From contig NIVC01002366.1 of assembly GCA_002269645.1 (NCBI GenBank), positions 1 through 64,000 of the forward strand: a DNA stretch of 64,000 bases. Direction: 5' to 3'. The notes under the pieces were generated by a model, which did no database searches, was not told where the DNA came from, and saw only the letters and a program-made list of their open reading frames with translations. Numbering within the stretch: position 1 is the stretch's first letter; each line of letters opens with the position of its first letter. Of the stretch, positions 9,810 to 23,948 are shown piece after piece. Both the position numbers and the translations under genes were made by a program. The stretch comes from Macrostomum lignano (taxonomy: Eukaryota).

Positions 9810-9817
9810 CTTATATA
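9810..9817 (-). promoter_or_regulatory. TATA box (TATATAAG) for the leftward Polinton transcription unit
   Basis: Plus-strand CTTATATA, about 100 nt upstream of ATG 9708; identical to the box at 1583. Confidence 0.5.
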
Positions 9818-10029
9818 GTAATTTGTACATGCATGCCCTCTCCTTATCATATCGTATATGAACATCCAGCCATGCTCAGGTAATAATTACTTTACCGTTA
9901 TAGAGGCCACCGGCTGTAATTAGTGTATCCCCCCGTCCCCTTATCCAGGTAAGCAACACCAGCCGTCCTCTGTGCAGTTGTAAAACTTTATAACCTCACC
10001 CTAACACAGAGCACAGAGATTGGCCACCC

Positions 10030-10718
10030 CTCTTATCTCTGCAATGTTTAGCCGTTCCCAATGCACAGAGATAGGATCCTCTCCGCAGTGTATTTTTCCT
10101 ATATCCTTTTTGCCGCCTATCTCGCCAGTGCTAGTGCGGCAGTATCATGAATCGCCTCTATCTCCGCAGTGCTTAGCCGTCCCCAATGCACAGAGATAGA
10201 GCTCATATCTCTGCAGTGCTTAGCCGTCCCCAATGCACAGAGATAGAGCTCATATCTCCGCAGTGCTTAGCCGTCCCCAATGCACAGAGATAGAGCTCAT
10301 ATCTCTGCAGTGCTTAGCCGTCCCCAATGCACAGAGATAGAGCTCATATCTCTGCAGTGCTTAGCCGTCCCGAATGCACAGAGATAGAGCTCATATCTCT
10401 GCAGTGCTTAGCCGTCCCGAATGCACAGAGATAGAGCTCATATCTCTGCAGTGCTTAGCCGTCCCCAATGCACAGAGATGGAGCTCATATCTCTGCAGTG
10501 CTTAGCCGTCCCCAATGCACAGAGATAGAGCTCATGTCTCTGCAGTGCTTAGCCGTCCCCAATGCACAGAGATAGGGCTCATATCTCTGCAGTGCTTAGC
10601 CGTCCCCAATGCACAGAGATAGGGCTCATATCTCCGCAGTGTATTTTTCCCTGTACATTTGCATTGCCGCCTGTCTCGCCGGTGCTAGTGCGGCAGTGTC
10701 ATAATTCGCCCTACTACT
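10030..10718. repeat. Polinton terminal (TIR) region: about 10 copies of a 47-bp hairpin unit, a duplicated ~80-bp subterminal block and the CTACTACT end
   Basis: Unit ATATCTCTGCAGTGCTTAGCCGTCCCCAATGCACAGAGATAGAGCTC at ~10155-10640. Block CTCCGCAGTGTATTTTTCC...GTGCTAGTGCGGCAGT at ~10081-10160 and ~10633-10710. Confidence 0.8.
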
Positions 10719-10890
10719 TGTGCCCAATAAGTTTTGCTCACGCCATTAACTATTGCCCTCCCCTCCACCTGTTTCCATGCATTTTAAATATGCGTCCAAT
10801 TTAGAAATTCGCTTACTCGCTTTCACTTTGAATCGTCCCGCCAGTCTCCAAAATTTCTCCCCCGCCCCGATCCCGCAGTCCTCAGTCGGC

Positions 10891-13800
10891 ATGCACAGCC
10901 AATCAGACACCCAGGCCGGAAGCGGCAGCTTCCAATCTATTGGAGAATTCTACGCCGGCAAAGACGTGTTCATCACCGGTATAACCGGCTTCATGGGCAA
11001 GGTGCTGCTGGAGAAGCTGCTCTGGGCCTGTCCGCAGGTCGGCCGAGTCTACGCCATGATGCGCCCGAAACGGGGCCGCCCCGTGGAGGAGCGACTGGAG
11101 GTGAGGGCGAGCAGGGCAGGGATAAATGATTGATGGGGATAGACTTAATTAGCCTTGCACACTAGAGTGGCCAATCTGTGGATTGAGGGTGATCGGTATA
11201 ATAGAGTGACTATAGAGAGTGACAGACAAATGTCTGATATGGCAGACATTGGAATTAGCAATGTAAGACATGGATGAATCTGGAGTTTACAGATGCGAGC
11301 TAAAAAAGGTCTGTAGTGACAGATGAAACAGAATGGACTTGGGTGACACTTATAAGTGACAGACAGAGAGGAATCTGGAGTGACAGACAGTAAGTAATCT
11401 GGAGTGACAGACAGAGATACCTGGAGTGACAGACAGAGGAATCTGGAGTGACAGACAGAGGAATCTGGAGTGACAGGCCTATGGAGATGCAAGGCAGGTG
11501 AGCACCCACCATTCCCAGGAGCTGCTGGACAGCGCCCTGTTTGATCGTCTCCGACGCGACCGGCCCGACTTTCGCGACCAGATCCGGCCGGTGCAGGGCG
11601 ACATGTTCGAGCCCGGCCTCGGCCTCGCGCCCGAAGCCATCGAAGAGCTTCAAGAACGCGTCAGCATTGTTTTCCACAGCGCGGCCACCGTCCGCTTCGA
11701 CGAGCATCTGAAAATCGCCGTCCAAATGAACCTGGACGGGCCGCGCAAAGTGGCCGAGTTGTGCGAAGGCATGCGCAAGCTGGAAGCCTTGGTCCACGTG
11801 TCCACCGCCTACGCCAACTGCGAGCGCAAGGTGGTGGACGAGATCGTCTACGCGCCGGATGTGCACCCGCAGAAACTACTGGACGCCATCGAGTGGATGG
11901 ATGACGGCGTCTTGGAGCAGGTTGGTTTGTTTAGGCGCTATATTTTAAGAACATAGACATCGCTGGTTGTTCAAAAGTACATTTCTACCAGTTTGTATCA
12001 CTAAAGTACACATGCACCAATCGCTATTACTAAATTGCACAAGCGTCGGTCGCTGTTAAAAAGTACACATTGCCGGTTCGCCTATGTGTCTGTCTCTCTA
12101 TGCCAGTCTGTCTGTATTACTAAAGTACACATGTACCGGTTAGCATAAAAAAGTACACGTGAACTAGCTAGTAATTTAAAATTACACATTTAAGTAGCGT
12201 GAACCAAATTGTTTGCCGTCAGGTCACCCCAAAACTGCTGGGCCAGAAGCCGAATACCTACACCTTCACCAAGCAGCTTGCCGAGTTCTACCTGGTGAAC
12301 AAGTTCCCCAACCTGCCGCTGATCATTGTGCGCCCATCCATTGTTGGCGCCAGCTGGGAGGACCCGTTCCCGGGCTGGGTGGACAACTTCAACGGGCCTA
12401 CGGGCCTCTTTGCCGCTGTGGGCAAGGTAGGCAGACAGAGTGCTGAAAGATAAGGTGCAGCTTAATTAGACCATATTGAGTTTAATTATTCCAACCCACA
12501 GCTCGAAAAACCCACTTCCCAAAAGGTAGAAGATCAGAAATCCCAGATCCCACAGCTCAGAAACCCCAGATCTCACAGCTCAGAAATCCCAGATTTGACA
12601 GCCCAGAAGTCCCGGATCCCACAGCTCAGAAATCCCAGATCCCACAGCTCAGAAATCCCAGATCCCACAGCCCAGAAATCCCAGATCCCACAGCTCAGAA
12701 ATCCCAGATCCCACAGCCCAGAAATCCCAGATCCCACAGCCCAGAAGTCCCGGATCCCACAGCTCAGAAATCCCAGATCCCACAGCCCAGAAATCCCAGA
12801 TCCCACAGCTCAGAAATCGCAGATCCCACAGCTCAGAAGTCCCGGATCCCACAGCCCAGAAGTCCCGGATCCCACAGCTCAGAAATCCCAGATCCCACAG
12901 CCCAGAAGTCCCGGATCCCACAGCTCAGAAATCCCAGATCCCACAGCCCAGAAGTCCCGGATCCCACAGCTCAGAAATCCCAGATCCCACAGCCCAGAAG
13001 TCCCGGATCCCACAGCTCAGAAATCCCAGATCCCACAGCCCAGAAGTCCCGGATCCCACAGCTCAGAAATCCCAGATCCCACAGCCCAGAAATCCCAGAT
13101 CCCACAGCTCAGAAATCGCAGATCCCACAGCTCAGAAATCCCAGATCCCACAGCCCAGAAGTCCCGGATCCCACAGCTCAGAAATCCCAGATCCCACAGC
13201 CAGAAGTCCCAGATCCCACAGCTCAGAAACCCCAGATCTCACAGCTCAGAAATCCCAGATTTGACAGCCCAGAAGTCCCGGATCCCACAGCTCAGAAATC
13301 CCAGATCCCACAGCTCAGAAATCGCAGATCCCACAGCTCAGAAATCCCAGATCCCACAGCCCAGAAGTCCCGGATCCCACAGCTCAGAAATCCCAGATCC
13401 CACAGCCAGAAGTCCCAGATCCCACAGCTCAGAAACCCCAGATCTCACAGCTCAGAAATCCCAGATTTGACAGCCCAGAAGTCCCGGATCCCACAGCTCA
13501 GAAATCCCAGATCCCACAGTCCAGCAGTCGCCGCTCCCCACCGCAGGGCATGATGCGCATTATGCACGGCGACCGCAGCTGCCGGGCGGACATTGTGCCA
13601 GTGGATATCGCCACCAACGTGCTGCTGGCCAGCGTGTGGCACCAGCGGCAGTTCAAGCCGCAGGGCAGGCAGCCGGTGTACCATGCCGTGATCGGGCCGG
13701 CCAACCGGCTCACCTGGGCGGACATTGAGACCCTGACGCCAAAGAACTTCGTGGCCCATCCTACTCAGAGTGCCATCCGCCTGCCCAAGGCAGTGTTCAC

Positions 13801-16800
13801 CACCAATACGCTGTGGTACCAGGCGAACTGGCTGTTCAACCACCAGCTGCCCGCCTTCCTGTTGGATCTGTGGATGTACGCCAGCGGGAGGAAGGCAGTG
13901 TGAGTGACAGCTTGGAATTCATTTGGGTGAACGGCGGTAGCTATTGAGTATCCATTTGGGTGAATGGCGGTAGCTATTGAGTATCCATTTGGGTGAATGG
14001 CGGTAGCTATTGAGTATCCGTTTGGGTGAATGGCGGTAGCTATTGAGTATCCATTTGGGTGAATGGCGGTAGCTATTGAGTATCCATTTGGGTGAATGGC
14101 GGTAGCTATTGAGTATCCATTTGGGTGAATGGCGGTAGCTATTGAGTATCCATTTGGGTGAATGGCGGTAGCTATTGAGTATCCATTTGGGTGAATGGCG
14201 GTAGCTATTAGAATTCATTTGGGTGAATGGCGGTAGCTATTGAGTATCCATTTGGGTGAATGGCGGTAGCTATTGAGTATCCATTTGGGTGAATGGCGGT
14301 AGCTATTGAGTATCCATTTGGGTGAATGGCGGTAGCTATTGAGTATCCATTTGGGTGAATGGCGGTAGCTATTGAGTATCCATTTGGGTGAATGGCGGTA
14401 GCTATTGAGTATCCATTTGGGTGAATGGCGGTAGCTATTGAGTATCCATTTGGGTGAATGGCGGTAGCTATTGGAATCCATTTGGGTGAATGGCGGTAGC
14501 TATTGAGTATCCATTTGGGTGAATGGCGGTAGCTATTGAGTATCCATTTGGGTGAATGGCGGAAGCTATTGAATCCATTTGGGTGAATGGCGCTAGCTAT
14601 TGGAATCCATTTGGGTGAATGGCGGTAGCTATTGGATCCATTTGGGTGAATGGCGGTAGCTATTGAGTATCCATTTGGGTGAATGGCGGTAGCTATTGAG
14701 TATCCATTTGGGTGAATGGCGGTAGCTATTGAGTATCCATTTGGGTGAATGGCGGTAGCTATTGAGTATCCGTTTGGGTGAATGGCGGTAGCTATTGAGT
14801 ATCCATTTGGGTGAATGGCGGTAGCTATTGGATCCACTTGGGTGAATGGCGGTAGCTACTGAAATTCAGAATTTCTTCACTTAGAATCTTTCGAATGCTT
14901 TAACGTCCAGTAGCATTTGTAAACTTTATCACGCTAAAAGTAAAACGCTCTCTATCTGTTATATTACATGAAAGTGAAACACTTGAAGTGCATCGCAACC
15001 TTAACATTCACGCGCATTCACGCAGCGTTAAGCGCAAAGTTTTTCTGCACCAACCCAGCTCTAGGCCAGCAGAGGCCACTGAATAATGTTAAAGCTGAGT
15101 GTGACACACACTGACGTACATTGCAGTTGAGCACGGCTTGATAGCGTGTTTCTCTGTCTCACTGTCTCTGACCGCCTTATCTGGGCCAAATGCCCGACAA
15201 TCCAGATCTGGCGTTGTTTATAATAAAGAAGCAAAAACTCTCGCATTCCACCCTGCACTGGCGCACTTGTTAGCGTAAATACTTAAAATAGAAATGGCAT
15301 GTGCGCCAGTCCTGTGCGGTGACGGGTCACGCCATTCCGCTCTGGCCTGCGCGCACTTTAATGCAGTATTATTTAGTTGCATTGGGTTTTTGCAATCTGA
15401 CTTCGAATTTTATCAGATAACCGTGGCAGTCATTGAATTTTGACTCAGGTGTATGCTGTGTCTGATGGAGCTTATGTATACGCTTAACCATTTTTAAGTA
15501 AAGTAGTTTAGTTATCATCAACTGGGGATTACCCTAGATCATCGATAGAGGATTTCCCTGTATCATAAATTTTGGATTCCCCTAGATCTTCAATGTGGGA
15601 TTCCCCTAGATCATCAATGTGGGATTCCCCCTAGATCATCAATGTGGGATTCCCCTAGATCATCAATGTGGGATTCCTCTAGATCATCAATGTGGGATTC
15701 CTCTAGATCGTCAATGTAGGATTCCCCTAGATCATCAATGTGGGATTCTTCTAGATCATCAATGTGGGATTCTCATAGATCTTCAATGTGGGATTCTCAT
15801 AGATCATCTATGTGGGATTCCCCTAGATCTTCAATGTGGGATTCTCATAGATCATCAATGTGGGATTCCTCTAGATCTTCAGTGTGGGATTCCCCTAGAT
15901 CATCAATGTGGGATTCCTCTAGATCTTCAGTGTGGGATTCCCCTAGATCATCAATGTGGGATTCCTCTAGATCATCAATGTGGGATTCCCCTAGATCTTC
16001 AATGTGGGATTCCTCTAGATCATCAATGTGGGATTCCCCTAGATCTTCAATGTGGGATTCCTCTAGATCATCAATGTGGGATTCCCCTAGATCTTCAATG
16101 TGGGATTCCTCTAGATCATCAATGTGGGATTCCCCTAGATCATCAATGTGGGATTCTTCTAGATCATCAATGTGGGATTCCCCTAGATCTTCAATGTGGG
16201 ATTCCTCTAGATCATCAATGTGGGATTCCCCTAGATCATCAATGTGTGATTCTGCTAGATCATCAATGTGGGATTCTGCTAGATCATCAATGTGTGATTC
16301 CCCTAGATCATCAATGTGGGATTCTGCTAGATCATCAATGTGTGATTCCCCTAGATCATCAATGTGTGATTCTACTAGATCATCATCATTGAAGGCCAAA
16401 AAAATCGCACAGATTAAATTCACTCCCCGCTGCCCCACCATCAACCCGAACAGATTCGTCCGCGTATCGAATCGCATCAACAAGTCCATTCGAACTCTGG
16501 AATATTTCACCCACCGGGAATGGATGTTCAACAATGCCAATGTCATGCACGCCATGGAGTGCATGTCGCCGTCGGATCGAGTGGTAAGTAAAATTGCTTT
16601 GATAATTATTCAATTTCTACTTTAGAAGGATTATTTTAGTGCTGACGTCACTTCCGGTTCAGTGTTGAGGGCATCCATTGACCATTTCTAAACTGACATC
16701 ACTTCCGGTTCAGTGTTGAGGGCATCCGTTGGGAACTGGCATCACTTCCGGTTCAGTGTTGAGAGCATCCGTTGGGAACTGGCATCACTTCCGGTTCAGT

Positions 16801-18113
16801 GTTGAGAGCATCCGTTGGGAACTGGCATCACTTCCGGTTCAGTGTTGAGAGCATCCGTTGGAAACTGGCATCACTTCCGGTTCAGTGTTGAGGGCATCCG
16901 TTGACCATTTCTAAACTGGCATCACTTCCGGTTCAGTGTTGAGAGCATCTGTTAGAAACTGGCATCACTTCCGGTTCAGTGTTGAGAGCATCCGTTGGAA
17001 ACTGGCATCACTTCCGGTTCAGTGTTGAGAGCATCCGTTGGGAACTGGCATCACTTCCGGTTCAGTGTTGAGAGCATCCGTTGGAAACTGGCATCACTTC
17101 CGGTTCAGTGTTGAGGGCATCCGTTGACCATTTCTAAACTGGCATCACTTCCGGTTCAGTGTTGAGAGCATCTGTTGGAAACTGGCATCACTTCCGGTTC
17201 AGTGTTGAGGGCATCCGTTGACCATTTCTAAACTGGCATCACTTCCGGTTCAGTGTTGAGGGCATCCGTTGACCATTTCTAAACTGGCATCACTTCCGGT
17301 TCAGTGTTGAGAGCATCCGTTGGAAACTGGCATCACTTCCGGTCCAGTGTTGAGGGCATCCGTTGGAAACTGACATCACTTCCGGTCCAGTGTTGAGGGC
17401 ATCCGTTGACCATTTCTAAACTGGCATCACTTCCGGTTCAGTGTTGAGAGCATCCGTTGGAAACTGACATCACTTCCAGTTTACACAATTTACACAATTC
17501 ACGAAATTTATTATTATTGTTGCTATCCGTCCGACTCAGGTCTCATATTCAGTTTCTGATGTAATTGCTCTAGTTTAATAAAAATTGCTATTCGAATCCC
17601 ATTCGGACTCGCACAGGAATTCGACTGCGACGCCTCCAAGCTGGACTGGCATGAGTACCTGGAGCGCTACTGCATCGGGGTGAAGCGATATGCGCTAAAA
17701 GAAAGCGACGAAGATGTTGGCACAGCCAGGGCTCGCATTAGAAAGTAAGTCAGGTTTACTTATTTTGCTAGCCTGCTACTACTGTTTTATTCATTCCTCA
17801 GTAGGCAGAATAGGTTTTTGCTAATAGTTTGCTAATAGTTTTATCGCATAAACAGACTTAATTTACTTGGTAGGTTACGAAGCAGTTGCGTATACCTATA
17901 AGCAAATAGTTACTCCCGCCGTTTACCTTGATGATTTTTGTTTTCTCCCGCCGCAGGCTGCAACGACTGGGCCTGCTGTGGAATGTGCTGCTCTGCGTGC
18001 TGCTGTGGCGCCTGACAGTGAAGCGGGTGCCCCTGCTGCGCACCATGTGGCTGGTGATGCTCAACCTGGCCGGCTCGCTGTTCAACAAGCTGCCCCGGTT
18101 GGCCAGGTCCTAA
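10891..18113 (+). CDS. FAR: Fatty acyl-CoA reductase (FAR1/male-sterility-2 family), 7 coding exons, ~527 aa
   Basis: Exons 10891-11100, 11519-11920, 12223-12426, 13547-13899, 16454-16583, 17617-17744, 17957-18113 join in phase at GT-AG sites (1584 nt). [19 protein letters not shown]-binding motif, [24 protein letters not shown] (YxxxK), [30 protein letters not shown]-terminal hydrophobic helix. Confidence 0.95.
11355..11478. repeat. 22-bp minisatellite in FAR intron 1
   Basis: GAGTGACAGACAGAGGAATCTG, about 5 copies. Confidence 0.8.
12525..13520. repeat. 23-bp minisatellite in FAR intron 3
   Basis: CAGCTCAGAAATCCCAGATCCCA and variants, about 43 copies. Confidence 0.95.
13915..14865. repeat. 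33-bp minisatellite in FAR intron 4
   Basis: CATTTGGGTGAATGGCGGTAGCTATTGAGTATC, about 29 copies. Confidence 0.95.
15520..16385. repeat. 24-bp minisatellite in FAR intron 4
   Basis: CTAGATCATCAATGTGGGATTCCC, about 35 copies. Confidence 0.95.
16640..17480. repeat. 43-51-bp minisatellite in FAR intron 5
   Basis: CACTTCCGGTTCAGTGTTGAGAGCATCCGTTGGAAACTGGCAT and a longer variant, about 18 copies. Confidence 0.95.
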
Positions 18114-19029
18114 CCAGTGCAATCCGGAGCCTCGCCCCGCCCTAGCGACTGCAATTCCTCCACTCAGTGCTGCTCAGTCGGTATGCAGATTTCCCGGAGT
18201 TATCATCTTGGACTATGCGAAATATTCTCCCTTTTGGCTATTTTATTTATTTATTTATTTATAGCAGATTTCAGCGGTGCCCGGCCTCGTCCGAATTTGC
18301 GTTTCGCTTCAATTCTTACTGTTCAAAGTACAAATAGCGAAAAGTACATCTTAATAAAGTTACCTTTTGATAAAAGTACAATTTTGTCTCTGAAAAGTAC
18401 TTTTAATCCAATTTATAGCGCCTACAAGGGTTTTTGGCCTCTTATAAATCTCTCATCTCATACTCTTATCCGCACGGCTGTCGAATATTCAATTTGCACT
18501 ACTCGGCCTTGTGAGTAGTGTCATGCGCACGTGCGAATTCAGATTATTGTAATTTACATTAAATACTAATTGAATTTACTTGACGCATTCATTCTGGGAG
18601 GCCCCGGACGCCGCAAGATGTCCGATTGCTGGCCCTGTTGATGCACCAGGCTATTTTTTCATATTATAAACTTTGCCAACGTGTACTTTTTATTGCCCGC
18701 TATCTATAAAAATATTATTATAATCAATTTTCTATTCTCCAGTGCCCGTTGCTTTTCAGTTGTTTTTTTAGTTCGTTTTTTATTAGTTTGGGGGCTCGGG
18801 CCGTTTCGTGCCGCCTCTTGACTTCGAGTTTTTGTTTTGCCTACAGGAGCGAAGTCCGTGCTCTGCCGTCTTCTTTTACTTGTAATTGCGACTTTTTGAT
18901 GAAATCTAATTGTTATAACGGGCCGACACGACGGGGCGAAGCTTTCAGTGTCTTTGAGCACATGGCTGCCTTCCCGAGTTGAGTTTCTGAGCCTGCGCGG
19001 CAGACAATTCCAGTTGATGTCTTCTTGGC

Positions 19030-20250
19030 GGCTTGTTTATTTTCTGTTAATTTGGCAGATTGTGGATTTGCCAGACTTTATATATGGCAGATTGTGGATT
19101 TGGTAGATTGTGGATATGGCAGATTATTGATATGGCAGCTTGTGGATTTGGTAGATTGTGGATATGGCAGATTATTGGTATGGCAGATTATTGGTATGGC
19201 AGATTATTGGTATGGCAGATTATTGATATGGCAGATTGTGGATATGGCAGATTTCGGATTTTCAAATTGTACATATATGATAGGTTTGTGAATACGGCAG
19301 ATTGTATATGTGGTGGGTTGTGGATACGGCAGATTGTATATGTGGTGGGTTGTGGATACGGCAGATTGTATATGTGGTGGGTTGTGGATACGGCAGATTG
19401 TATGTGGTGGCTTGTGGATACGGCAGATTGTATTTGTTGTGGCTTGTGGATACGGCAGATTGTATTTGTGGTGGCTTGTGGATACGGCAGATTGTATATG
19501 TGGTGGCTTGTGGATACGGCAGATTGTATATGTGGTGGCTTGTAGATACGGCAGATTGTATATGTGGTGGCTTGTAGATACGGCAGATTGTATATGTGGT
19601 GGGTTGTGGATACGGCAGATTGTATATGTGGTGGCTTGTGGATATGGTAGATTGTATATGTGGTGGCTTGTGGATACGGCAGATTGTATATGTGGTGGCT
19701 TGTGGATACGGCAGATTGTATATGTGGTGGCTTGTGGATATGGCAGATTGTATATGTGGTGGCTTGTGGATACGGCAGATTGTATATGTGGTGGCTTGTG
19801 GATACGGCAGATTGTATTTGTGGTGGCTTGTGGATACGGCAGATTGTATATGTGGTGGCTTGTGGATACGGCAGATTGTATATGTGGTGGCTTGTGGATA
19901 CGGCAGATTGTATATGTGGTGGCTTGTGGATATGGCAGATTGTATATGTGGTGGCTTGTGGATACGGCAGATTGTATTTGTGGTGGCTTGTGGATACGGC
20001 AGATTGTATATGTGGTGGCTTGTGGATACGGCAGATTGTATATGTGGTGGCTTGTGGATACGGCAGATTGTATATGTGGTGGCTTGTGGATACGGCAGAT
20101 TGTATATGTGGTGGCTTGTGGATACGGCAGATTGTATATGTGGTGGCTTGTGGATACGGCAGATTGTATATGTGGTGGCTTGTGGATACGGCAGATTGTA
20201 AATGTGGTGGCTTGTGGATACGGCAGATTGTATATGTGGTGGCTTGTGGA
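19030..20250. repeat. 32-bp minisatellite, intergenic
   Basis: TGTGGATACGGCAGATTGTATATGTGGTGGCT array with a degenerate 5' part. Confidence 0.95.
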
Positions 20251-20859
20251 ATCGGCAGCATGGCATGAACTGAGAATGTTAGATAACGGTCAGAGCGGCT
20301 TCTCATGCGCTACCGAGGTGCACTTGATAGACTCGCACTTGAAACTGAGAGGCCATTAGCATGACTTCAACTGCTGCAAAAGAATTGCCTGACTCATAAA
20401 TTAATTTGTCAAGATTGGCATTCCTAAGCTCGGCGGCCCGAGTATGGCTGCTGTGCAAATCTGCCCAGCATTTCTTCTGTTATTCTAAGCGGTTGAGAAC
20501 AGTAGAATTTTTGTAGCAAAAATGAAACGAAAATAGTCTTCTATATCTAGACATTGTTTGCAGTAGCTTCTCTCTCGCAACTTCTGTAGGAATGCTCACA
20601 GCATTGAGCTGCCTTTGAGAACTTTCCTAGCCAGCGCATGCCTTTCTGAGCAAACTGTCAGCTTCTGTAAACTGTCTTGGCGTTTCTTCGAAAATATGGG
20701 CCAGACAGCTGACCTGTTTGCACCGGCCTCTGATGTCCCCGCCTCTGTGCAGCTCGAATGAAACAGGCACCATTGGGGTTCCTATACTCGCAATAGCATG
20801 CCTGTGAGCTGCCAATATTGCTGAGGAATTTGCTTCTTGATGTCATATTTTGTCTGCCA

Positions 20860-22110
20860 TCCCTCCACTTCTCAATTTCCCCTTCTCCATCTCCCTCTAC
20901 TCCGTCTCCCTCTCTTCTCCATCTCCCTCTCCCTCCATCTCCCTCTCTCCTCCATCTCCCTCTCCTCCATCTCCCTCTCTTCTCCATCTCCCTCCCCTCC
21001 ATCTCCCTCTCCTCCATCTCCCTCTACTCCGTCTCCCTCTCTTCTCCATCTCCCTCTCCCTCCATCTCCCTCTCTCCTCCATCTCCCTCTCCTCCATCTC
21101 CCTCTCTTCTCCATCTCCCTCCCCTCCATCTCCCTCTCCTCCATCTCCCTCTCCTCCATCTCCCTCTCCTCCATCTCCCTCTCTCCTCTATCTCCCTCTC
21201 TTCTCCATCTCCCTCTCCTCCACCTTCCTGTCCTCCATCTCCCTCTCTCCTCCACCTCCCTCTCCTCCATCTCCCTCTCCTCCATCTCCCTCTCCTCCAT
21301 CTCCCTCTCTTCCATCTCCCTCTCTCCTCCACCTCCCACTCCTCCATTTCCCTCTCCTCCATCTCCCTCTCTTCTCCATCTCCCTTTCTCCTCCACCTCC
21401 CTCTCCTCCATCTCCCTCTCTTCCATCTCCCTCTCTCCTCCACCTCCCTCTCCTCCATCTCCCTCTCCTCCAACTCCCTCTCTTCTCCATCTCCCTCTCT
21501 TCTCCATCTCCCTCTCCTCAATCTCCCTCTCCTCCATCTCCCTCTCTTCTCCATCTCCCTCTCCTCCATCTCCCTCTCTTCTCCATCTCCCTCTCTCCTC
21601 CACCTCCCTCTCCTCCATCTCCCTCTCCTCCATCTCCCTCTCCTCCATCTCCCTCTCCTCCATCTCCCTCTCTTCTCCACCTCCCTTTCTTCAATCTCCC
21701 TCTCTCCTCCACATCCCTCTCCTCCATCTCCCTCTCCTCCATCTCCCTCTCCTCCATCTCCCTCTCCTCCATCTCCCTCTCTTCTCCATCTCCCTCTCCT
21801 CCACCTCCCTCTCCTCCATCTCCCTCTCTTCTCCATCTCCCTCTCCTCCATCTCCCTCTCTTCCATCTCCCTCTCTCCTCCACCTCCCTCTCCTCCATCT
21901 CCCTCTCCTCCATCTCCCTCTCTTCTCCACCTCCCTGTCCTCCATCTCCCTCTCTCCTCCACCTCTCTCTCCTTCATCTCCCTCTCCTCCATCACCCTCT
22001 CCTCCATCTCCCTCTCTTCCATCTCCCTCTCTCCTCCACCTCTCTCTCCTTCATCTCCCTCTCCTCTATCACCCTCTCCTCCATCTCCCTCTCTCCTCCA
22101 TCTCCCTCTC
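20860..22110. repeat. CT-rich low-complexity minisatellite
   Basis: (CTCCTCCATCTCCCT)n-like 15-17-bp units; pure polypyrimidine on the plus strand. Confidence 0.95.
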
Positions 22111-22556
22111 TCGTTTTGCTCCCGCCCCATCCCCTTGCGGCAAGTACTCAGTCAAAAGCAGAAGCCTTTGGCAAGAGATTTGATTGGCAACTGGTTAGCA
22201 CTATTTGCAGCTGTGGCACTCGTATATATTCACTTATCATAGCAACTAGTTAGAACTCTAAAAATGTGATATCAAATTGTACAATCAGGTATTGAGAATT
22301 GTTTGTGTAGCAATTAGCAATGAGCAGCACTTCTCAAACGCGTGTACATTGGAGGTAATAAAAATTTATAAAACATAAAAACTCCGAATAAAAAATAGTC
22401 GAATTCCATACTAGGGAAGTTCATGTTCAGAACTAGCAAAAATTGGTTTTCAATATCGGCGGCAACGGATCGGACATGAAAATGCAGCCAAGGGGTCAGG
22501 ACCGTCAGTTCGGTGAGGAAATGTACAGTTAATGCTATTCAGCCACCTGCACGCGT

Positions 22557-23948
<1,392 letters not shown>

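Larger units (their letters stand above)
1..10718. mobile_element. Polinton/Maverick (endogenous adintovirus-like element), right arm; left part lies outside the window
   Basis: Contains pPolB, an A32/FtsK-like packaging ATPase and typical small Polinton ORFs. Ends in a repeat-rich terminal region closed by CTACTACT (5'-AGTAGTAG on the minus strand) at 10711-10718, the known Polinton terminal motif. Host gene sequence follows. Confidence 0.93.

Noticed and set aside
12595-22253. Long ORFs at 12595-13470, 14208-14837, 15619-16625, 19188-20359 and 20818-22253
   Set aside because: They are translations of stop-free minisatellites, open in several frames and on both strands; those up to 16625 lie inside FAR introns.
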